This document shows positions 54,678 to 64,000 of a DNA stretch of 64,000 nucleotides, one piece after another. Both the position numbers and the translations under genes were made by a program. The DNA comes from Trichoplax adhaerens. Lineage: Eukaryota > Animalia > Placozoa. The stretch is taken from positions 2,282,106 to 2,346,105 of the forward strand of contig NW_002060950.1 in assembly GCF_000150275.1 (NCBI RefSeq), read 5' to 3'. The notes under the pieces are model-generated. The model did no database searches. It was given only the letters and a program-made list of their open reading frames with translations, and had not been told where the DNA came from. Position 1 is the stretch's first letter. Each line of letters starts with the position of its first letter.

Positions 54678-55430
54678 ATGAAAAAATCACCGTCGAATAA
54701 AGTTTTTCCTGGAGACGCTTTAGTCAACAATTATTTAACTGCTGATAAGGAAGCTGATGTACATGATAACTTTCGTGATAGTATGACTAATTCAAGCCTA
54801 TATGCGACTACAACTTTACCAAGTGTGACCAGAAATCAAGCTGTATTCATTCAACATGGTAGCCACATGCAGGCTCTATTGGGCTTAAAAGATACTGAGA
54901 AGGCTACATTCTACTATAAAGAAAGTTGTAATCAACTAGAAGTAACTGCGATGAAAAAGGATCTAGGTGGTGTCCTTATACAGTTAAACGAAATTATTGG
55001 AAATATCAAACAAAAAGATCACCATTTACCCGAATTATTATGCTCCTACTTTCGTTCAGACTTAGCAAGAATTTATAAGTTTAATGATATATTAAGAAAT
55101 AGTAATATTGATGCTGTGGGAACAATTTCTGAGGGAGAACGTTTCCATGTATTGTCCCTAACTTTGGAAGACTTAAGTAAGGCCTCGCAGTTACTATGCG
55201 ATAAGTATTCTTCGGTATGTTTAGAAGTAAAAGGTAATATTTCGCATTCAGTCTATAGCAGCAATGTAACTGTAGAATTTGAACATTGCTATCGGATAAA
55301 GATAGAATTTGAACATTATAATGGAAATCCTGCAAATACAACTGATATAAAGATGGCTGGTTACATTGATGATATTTTGCATGCATCACAAAATATTTAT
55401 GCATTGGTAGAGAAATTGAAGGGTAGCTGA
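54678..55430 (+). CDS. Hypothetical protein, 250 aa, single exon, no recognised domain
   Basis: 753 bp uninterrupted ORF in ~70% AT DNA with a globular, soluble-like composition. Confidence 0.65.
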   Translation: MKKSPSNKVFPGDALVNNYLTADKEADVHDNFRDSMTNSSLYATTTLPSVTRNQAVFIQHGSHMQALLGLKDTEKATFYYKESCNQLEVTAMKKDLGGVLIQLNEIIGNIKQKDHHLPELLCSYFRSDLARIYKFNDILRNSNIDAVGTISEGERFHVLSLTLEDLSKASQLLCDKYSSVCLEVKGNISHSVYSSNVTVEFEHCYRIKIEFEHYNGNPANTTDIKMAGYIDDILHASQNIYALVEKLKGS

Positions 55431-56112
55431 AGTATAGATGAAAAAAGAAGGGTCATTACCTTTATCATACATTAATATTTAGAATGTCTTTTGCGCGTTT
55501 TAATAAAATTATACACTTTTAGTCATCTATCTGACTTAAATCCTTTTTCCTCTTATGTTTTCGTTAATATGATCATAAAACTCTGCTATAAATGAGCTGC
55601 TATTTAAAAAATTTTCTGTAGAATAGCTATTGTATATCCGTATAAAGATTTATATCTTGAGAGTTTCCGTTAGTTTTTCTTCGCTTGACTATGTTGAACC
55701 TTTAAATACTTTCCTCCGTCTACGACTACACCAAGGCAAAATTAAATTTATTACATAGCTATATATGGATAATCATCTAATATTTGATAGTAATGTAATC
55801 TGCACATATCGTAGAATATACTATCATTATAAAGCTGAAGTGAATGTTGTATGTAAAATTGACCAAAAAAATATCAAATTCTGAATTGTTGATTTCATTA
55901 AATTAAAATCGTAACTACAAGAATTCTAGATATCCAAGAATTAGATGCAGCGCCCGGAATAGGGGAATTGTGGCAACTTTTGTCGTAAAAAATATATTGG
56001 ATAATCAATAGATAACATAGAGAATACATAGTATATAACAAACAGCACACTATACTACTTATTTCGAATTGATCATATCAAATCTTATTTTAAAACTTAG
56101 AGTAAACGTGTT

Positions 56113-59100
56113 TTATTTCGAATTGCTCTTTAATATTGTATTAGTTGCTGCTGTTTTACAGCCACCAACTTTTCGAAATTTAGCAATAAAGAATCCTATG
56201 GTATCCGACGCTAATTGATAAACTTTATCTTCATCGTTCATATCTTTCGAAAGTGTACAGGTAGAGTCTATAGCAGAAGAATATATATCAACCGAGGCTA
56301 GCAAATTATATGGTGCAATTTTAAAATTAACTTTTAAATTTCATTGAGTAAGTACATTCTGACCTAAAATACTCACCAGGTGATTCGTGGTATCGCAATA
56401 TTGAATCTGCAATGTTGATAGGATCAAATCGTTGCAATGAATTAGCCTGATCTTTGTTTAACCCTTCAACTTGAATTCCAGGGCAACCAAGATAGGGACT
56501 CTATCAAGATAAAGACATAAAAAAATTCTTATTACATTTCTGCACCTTTAATGTAATTTATTATATGGCTGAATGACTGACCTGATTGCAAAGTTCCAGT
56601 TCAGGATAATTCGATAATGCCCAAGAAATATTTCTTTCATTTTCAGACAAGGTTAAAGTACACGTACAGTATACTAAAATGCCTCCAACTTTCAAAAGCT
56701 GGAATGCCTAAAATTTGAATTTGTATGCGATTGCGTACACTGACTGTTATTCTCAGACAGCAGAGATAGAATCAATCGCATTTGTTACCTGAGATAATAA
56801 CTTCCGTTGATAACAAGAATAAGAACGCAGTTCTTTTGCTGACATTTTATAGGCTAAACAAGGCCTTTGCCCCATCCCGCTGCAGGGAGGGTCTAATAAG
56901 ATACGATCGAAGCTTTCAAGTGCAAAGGGCGGACAACGTAGGCCTAAGTATAGAAAATTTTTAATATTTTAAGTATAAAAGTTTCCTTTTAAATTAAGCA
57001 TGTAAAAAAAGGAAAAAACAGTTTTCGATCAAAATATTCAATGCACCGTTAAAGAGTTAATTACCTTCCTGACATTGACAGATATCGGCGACTGCTTTAG
57101 TACTATCGAACGCAAATACTTCAATGCAAGATAAATTTAATCTTTCTGCATTAGATTTAATTTTATGCAACTTTGATTTACTTTTATCCAAGGCTATAAT
57201 AGTGCCCTATAAAATGATGTAAAAGGATGTATAGCGTAGTAAGACGGTAGTAGCAAACTACTTGAAAGTGGGCGTCAAAAGAGTTGATGCTGAAAGTTAC
57301 CTTATTTTTCATTAACGTAGCGATATGAGTCGCTTTGCCTCCTGCGTAGAGAATTATAAATAAGAAATTTATAATTGAAAATTAATCGAAATTCGACGAA
57401 AGAAAATATCACGACTAGGTCATTGCTGTAAAGATATTAGCGTAATGTATGCGTATATTACTTTGCCTACCTGGGGCAGAACACATATCTAGAATAGTAT
57501 CTCCTTCATGAGGATTAAGGACATGACTAGCAACGACAGATGGTAAGTTTTGCAAAAATACGAATTCATCCCCAATTCCGTTTAAAGCTGGAAATAGATA
57601 GAGGGGTTCCGAAACTTCTACAGCGATTCCTCTAATGCGTTCCAATCGCACATTATAAAATAAGATTACCTGTCTCAAAGCAAGTGTTCTTTCACTTTAT
57701 TACGATAGTTACCTTGGCTTATTATTGCCTTTGAATAATTCTCGGCGACTAATCTTTGCTATGCCATTTCCGACAAATAATTTTTCCTCAGTAAACTTTG
57801 CGGTAGTACCATCGCGGCAGATATCATGAATATCTGCGTAAACTGAAACTGTATCACCTATTTGAATATCTGGGATAGATGTTGTGGCAATAGCTAATTA
57901 GCCAGCAGTTCGTGCAAAAATTTGAAATATCACTCACTTGGATCAGCTCCTCTAATTCCGATAGCAAAAACATTAGCTCCTCTTAAAACTGACATGCCAC
58001 ATTGAGATCCAACTATAACTTCCTTGCCAACTACAGTGATATCGTTATTAATCTGGGCAGGGATCATTAAGACATCAGGAATCACAGGGTGGCGAAGAAT
58101 TTGTAAGTTAGCCAACTTACGTTCAGCTCGCTACATTTTAATCACATATACGAGCGCATTATATAAGAATACATATGTGTATGTGTTCGATCTCGCTTAC
58201 TTCAATCTGATTCAATTTGATTTATTTAACTAATATCATGGATAAAATTGCAATTAGCGTACCTTTTCTATGATATCTCTTAACATTTTTTCTGCTTCAT
58301 CAATAGTAAAATGTACCGTGTTCACCCTTAAAATTGTTAACAATGGAGGATATGCCAAAATTTTCTGTAGATGCTTGACTTTAGATTGTATTTGAAAAGC
58401 TTTGTGGTTCGTACTCTAAATTTTAGAGTAGAAGCAATAATCTTCAATATTACTTAAAGAAATTATAGATGGCTAGATTGTTATTAGTCAAATTAATAGA
58501 TTTTAGTATTTATCGCAAGTGTTATTATTATTGCAGTTTTTTTTATTATATTATTAATAGTAAATGAAAGCCGTGCACTGTACTTGAGAGTGTACTTTTA
58601 CTAGTATCTGGAATTCTGGATGGCTACAGGTACATCTTGTGCTTTAGTTTTAATTATACAGTAGGTATGTAATGGAAGCGCAAGTATAAAAAATCCTTCC
58701 ACAACGTGCCACTTAATGTCCGATAGCAGATCATATCGTTCAATGTTTACGTTTTAAGCTTACCTTATTCTAATCTAACGTAAAAAGATTAGCTTTCGTA
58801 CACAAATGCTACGTTAACCGAATTTACAGCACTGTACAGTGTACAGTGTACAATACAGCGACGTAGTATATTCGTTAAGATAGTATACAGTACAGTAGTA
58901 CTGTATATCATCAATAGTATAGATAGTTATAAGACAATAGATTGCAAAGATATCATCTTTGCAATCGATAAACGGCGTATAAAAAAGGCGTTACATTGGT
59001 TTATAGACCTACAGTTGATCAAAGTTTCTTGTATTAATTCAAGCCGCGCAGGTAACAGCTTACTGCAGCATTTACCAATAAATGATAATACGGTATACAG

Positions 59101-59242
59101 CATGTAAAAAGTATTACTTTGTTTTAGATTTACATTGCCTAACCGTAATCAGCGTATAGTCTTGCATGAGGAGTTCCTTGACATCATCTGAGAATCGACA
59201 GTGCATCATTTGCTCAAGCTCAGCTCGCTCCAGCTTAGCCAT
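56113..59242 (-). CDS. NSUN6: tRNA (cytosine-C5)-methyltransferase NSUN6-like, with PUA domain
   Basis: About 11 exons: 59144-59242 (MAKL...FSDDVKELL), 58263-58415 (PPLLTILRVNT), 57938-58130 (VLRGANVFAIGI), then QNLPSVVASHVLNP...ILDMCSAPG|GGKATHIA, FDRILLDPPCSGMGQRP, GGILVYCTCT...ENE and DTIGFFIAKFRK. Both catalytic cysteines are present. Confidence 0.92.
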
Positions 59243-59818
59243 CTCTGTGAATTCCCGATTCAAAGAAGGCTTAGTAAATTACTACAGTTCACCTTGCCGT
59301 ACTGGCGTATACCATGTATTTCTAACGCCACAGTTCGATGTACTTTTGGACAATTTGCTGGATAATATCTAGTGCAATACACGTCCTCTTACAGTATGCT
59401 AAGAATTTGATTATGTTAGTTTAGAGTACAGCATACAGGGTAATAACAGCCTATAGTTTAGAAGATGAGCAGAATAAGCACTTGGATTAGCTAGAACTAC
59501 AGTACTCTACATACTATAATTTGGATCGATAAAGTGAAGACTTATCCGATGCAAATCCATTCGCTCGCTAGTCTACCCCTTAAGTGAAGACTTTTCCTTT
59601 ACGCTTGCAAGTTGCAACAATCAACGCTACTGCAGTACTCGTTCGCTGCATTTAGGATAGTCTAAAAGCCAAGAAATAAATTACTCGGGTACCCATTTAC
59701 TCGGCGAACTGTACTCGTCCATTATTCCATAACTGCGCATGTACATTGTAAAGTACTCTACAATATGCAATATTCGATCCATTTTCATGTTCATATCGTA
59801 TCAGCTCACTGCACTATA

Positions 59819-60455
59819 ACGTAAGCTACTAAAAATTTATAATACTATCTATGACTATATTTTTATGTAAGGCTATTATATTTGTATAAGTTTATGCGAT
59901 AGCATGGTTATACAGAATATGTGCTCTACTATCTGTACCTGGGTGATAACTAGTAAAACGTATTAATAACCATATATCATAACGCCAACTTAAAGATATC
60001 TTTGTGCTGAGTAACGAGCGTAAGCTACTAAAAATTAATAATATGCGATAGCATGGTTATACAGTATATGTGCTCTACTATCTGTACCTGGTGATAACTA
60101 GTAAAACATATTAATAATCATATATCATAACGCCAACTTAAAGACATCTTTCTGCTGAGTAAGGAGCGTAAGCTACTAAAAATTAATAATATACGATAGC
60201 GTGATTATACAGTATATGTGCTCTACTATCTGTACCTGGTGATAACTAGTAAAACATATTAATAATATATCATAACGCCAACTGAAAGATATCTTTGTAC
60301 TGAGTAAGGAGCGTAAGCTACTAAAAATTAATAATATACGATAGCGTGATTATACAGTATATGTGCTCTACTATCTGTACCTGGGTGATAACTAGTAAAA
60401 CATATTAATAATGTATCATAACGCCAACTTAAAGATATCTTTGCGCAGAATAATG
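59819..60455. repeat. Tandem repeat, ~4 copies of a ~145-148 bp unit (first copy ~199 bp)
   Basis: gtaagctactaaaaatt recurs at 59821, 60020, 60168 and 60313. Each unit has tgtgctctactatctgtacctg(g)gtgataactagtaaaac and atcataacgccaact. Confidence 0.95.
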
Positions 60456-61633
60456 AGCATATTAAGATGGTAAATAAATATAAATTAAAATAACTATAAA
60501 CAACGGCAGTATTTCCATCGTGAGAATCATTACTGGTTCGTAATAAGAGGGCATTATACGTGTATTTGACTGCCAGATAAAAGAAATAAATAATGAATCT
60601 ATATATATTTGTAGATATGCCTTCGCATCCCGGAGTAGATTATAAAAAGTTGCAACTTAAGATTTCTGTATTGACGCTGTACTCGATTAACATTGCAACA
60701 TGAAGTAACGCAGGTACTGTTAAGTTCACACTTAATTCAATTTGTAGCGGATAACAAGGTCATAGAATACTTACCGCGGCAGCACTTTATATTGTTGTAA
60801 TTACCGGTTATAAAGAAACAGAGTATGGATCTAATCTAGTAAAGAGATAATATTGCAATATAAATGGAAATTTGTGTTGAACGAAAGTACGCATATATAT
60901 ATATGCAATTATATACATTCGCTTTTAGTATGTTGCCAGTTAAATTATAACATCTACGATGCGTAACATGACTTCTATACAATGTCTCATAGCCTTCTTT
61001 TAAGACGACCAACTATCTGAATTATAATGGTAATTTCGTTATCTACCATTTAATGTAGCATTGCCACCATGACCATATGGCAATGGATTGTTGCGTACAT
61101 AGTACAGCAGATACACGTGATCAAATAATGTTATGGAATGGCTTGCTAACGGACTATTACGTAGCTCTTACTAAAATAATTCCTCACTTTTAAAGAGTAG
61201 GAAACTGTAGACTGAAAGATTGAATCATTATAAATATAATATTGGCTCTTTCGTCTGCAAATTTCCACAAATCCCTATTTACTATTACGAATACGCGCAC
61301 ATCTATTTCCATTCTAGAGTACAGTATATTAGTTTAATGGTACTATAAACTCTCTAACTGGTTCAGTTGTCTCATTTTTGCTTCCCCAAAACAAGCTACT
61401 AACTGAAATTTTTTAAACTATATTGGTGTATATTATCAATACAGGATTAGGAACATTTCAGCTATTTTTATCGGCATTACTAGTCCGAATGTACATATAT
61501 GCGTATATACTTAATATTTTAGTAAAATTCCTATAGGGTAAAAAAAGTTTGTCGTTATACAGTATATACTCAACTTCAGAAAAAGTATCTCTAAATAAGA
61601 TCAAGAAACCTGCAGGGCAAATTCAACGGCAAA

Positions 61634-64000
61634 ATGGACGGAGAGAAGCGGAAGAATTCATCGAAAGCGATTAAAGAGGAAAAGCAGAAGATCCTACTAG
61701 GAAGGAATGAGGAGCAGCAGAAAAATCTGTTAGAAAAGGAGAAAATGGAGAAACAGAAGAATTCATTAGAAAAGGGCGATGAAAAACGGGAAAATTCATC
61801 AGGATTAGAGAAAGATGAAAAGCATCAAAATTCGTTGGAAAAAGATGAAGAGAAACAGAAGAATCCATTAGAAATAGATGAAGAGCACAAGCAGAAGAAT
61901 TCGTTCGACACAGACCAAGAGGAGAAACCAAAGAAACCACTAGTAATTGGTGAAGAAGAGAAGAAAAAGACTCCCTTAAATCAACCGAGCAATCTTGAAG
62001 ATTCAACAGATAAGGAAGAAAACACTACCGAAGAAGCTGACAACCACTTTCTATCTCCACAGGCTTGCTCGGCTTATCTTAAGCTTTGTGCAACTATACT
62101 TTGGAAATTATATCCAAATAACATGTAAGTTATATTAAAAATAAATAAAAGCTTTGCTCAAGTCTTTCTTTTTATTCTAATTGTGCGCATGTTGCGGTAT
62201 ACCTTTTAAGTTTAACTAATTAGAAGGATTTTAAAAAAAATTGTTGAAGTTGTGTTATGATTGCTATAAATAATCTTGAAAGAATCTGGACGGTTTACTT
62301 TCGAATGTAGGACCTGGTGTAAAAATATCACTGCCGAGTTAAGTCAGCGTCTTAATATTTCGTCATCAGGTACGAGAGGAAACATTTTAAAATTACACCG
62401 AATGGATATTTACTAGCTTCTTTAGTATAGCTGTGACTTTCAATCATTAAATCTGTGAAAAATCACGCTGTTTTATTGACATTTCATTCTTTTGCATGCA
62501 TGTAACTTACAGAAATAGATTCTATATATATGGCTTTAGAAAGTAAGGAGTCTACTGAACCAGAAGAGTCTTTGATCAAAACTTTGCAAGCTGATAATAT
62601 CGTTAAAGACAACCTTGGGATAGTTATCCAGGTTTTAGCATATGCTATTTCATTCAATACGAGTCAAAAATCGGATACTAGTTTGATAGTTACGGCAACT
62701 TACTGAATGATTTCTCGTGAATAGCAATAATATGAAATTTGATCTATTGAAGATATTAGTAATCAATTTATCGTATCCTTTCTGCAGGATTTGATTGGAT
62801 TTGGTTTGCAAACTGGTAAAGATTAAAGTTTTACCTTATTCCTTGACGTATTATTCTATGCCTATACTACACCCCTTTTATTTTTTTAGCATTTGTGACG
62901 ATAATTAATAATTTGCATGCCTTTAAAATATATATTTCATACTTGATAGGACGTTACGATGCTAGATTTCGGGTTTTTGTTAGGCAGCTCTCTTGGACCT
63001 TTATGATTCCGTGGTTTGAGATTGAATTATTTGAAGAGAGTTGTTTGCAGAAAATTATAGAGTTTACTGAAGCAGAGTTAGTTGAAATAAGTGATATTTT
63101 TTAATGTTAATTAATTATGCTGACTGGAGTTGATAAGATTTGTGCAAAAATATACGCGTACAAGTGATTACTTTCAGTTATTTCTTTAGATAAGCTTGTA
63201 ATATCCGCCTATTTAAAAGTATATTTTAGTATTTAACTGTAACTCGGTCACTCCTAGGGAAGAAGAAAAGCTGGAACTAAGAAATAAAGCATCCGGAAAG
63301 GCGAGAAAATATTGGATAATAGGAGTTGCAGGTGTCGGTGGAGGTTTTGCTATGGCATTAACAGGTGGTTTAGCTGCTCCGCTTATTGCAGCTGGTGGTG
63401 GAGCACTATTAGCGTCTGCAAGTGCGCCAGTAATCAGTCCAAACTTCGGTACTAGTTTACTGACTAAGTTATTTGGAATCCAAGAAAATCATTTAGCGTA
63501 TTTTAAAACTGAAAGGCATTTTGGCCGTTCAAGTAATTGCGAATTTGACGTCTTAACTTCTGGACAGGAGTTACATTTCACAATTGCTATTTCTGGTTAC
63601 TTGACTAGAAATTCTGATAGCGACTTCTACAAACAATGGTCGATGCTTTACCTCAGCAAAGAACAATATATCCTTAAATGGGAAAGACGTCATTTAGCTA
63701 ATTTTGGTACGATCATTGAAGATATACTAAAAGAATTAGTTGTTGAGGAAGGATCAGGAATTTTACAGCAAACGGCTATACCGGGCCTTCATTCACTAAT
63801 ATCTTTGCCTGCACAACTTTCAAAAGCAGCTTATAAGCTAGAAAAACCCTGGAGTACTTGCGTCAAATATGCCAAAAAGGTTGGTAAACAATTAGCAACC
63901 GTCTTAATGAAAAGAATGGGAGGCTCGAGACCTGTTAGTCTGATTGGTTTCAGTCTTGGTGCAAGTGTTATATATTATTGCTTAGAAGAATTACAAAAAC
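61634..64000 (+). CDS. TMCO4: TMCO4-like (DUF726, alpha/beta-hydrolase-like) protein, 3' truncated by window
   Basis: Exons ~61634-62124, 62311-62369, 62513-62631, 62789-62816, 62951-63076 and 63258->64000 with matching phases. Motifs GRYDARFRV, KYWIIGVAGVGGGFAMALTGGLAAP and RPVSLIGFSLGASVIYYCLEEL. Could be a paralog rather than the ortholog. Confidence 0.82.
61645..61980 (+). repeat. Coding tandem repeat, ~10 units of 11-12 aa (EKQKNSLEKDE-like)
   Basis: Repeats in ORF 61634..62128: EKRKNSS, EKQKILL, EQQKNLL, EKQKNSL, EKRENSS, EKHQNSL, EKQKNPL, HKQKNSF, EKPKKPL, EKKKTPL. Confidence 0.8.

Noticed and set aside
59819-60455. CRISPR-like array
   Set aside because: Whole units repeat with no unique spacers, there are no cas genes, and the context is eukaryotic.
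61671-62006. 111 aa minus-strand ORF
   Set aside because: Antisense to the purine-rich TMCO4 repeat exon.

Overview
AT-rich, intron-rich animal genomic DNA. Short GT-AG introns, single-exon rhodopsin-type GPCRs and modular receptors resemble a placozoan (Trichoplax-like) genome, but this is inference only. The dominant feature is one ~25.6 kb minus-strand gene (ATG at 25778, still open at the left window edge). By manual splicing it encodes a roughly 3,700-3,900 aa GRL101/RXFP-type leucine-rich-repeat GPCR: signal peptide, ~11 LDLa, ~16 CUB/CUB-like, 1 C-type lectin, 2 MAM-like, LRRNT plus 9 LRR exons and a 7TM. The 7TM exon splices in frame into at least three further exons encoding a protein-kinase-fold pseudokinase, so the best candidate for a novel system is a giant LGR-pseudokinase fusion receptor. 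The rest of the window holds a long gene-poor stretch with a divergent orphan class A GPCR and a diverged ~400 bp duplication. It also holds a two-macrodomain PARP14/15-like gene with a degenerate catalytic triad, a cluster of TGTAC/GTACA palindromes, an orphan 250 aa ORF, NSUN6, a ~147 bp tandem repeat and the 5' part of a TMCO4/DUF726-like gene. Exon coordinates were read by hand and may be off by a few bases.
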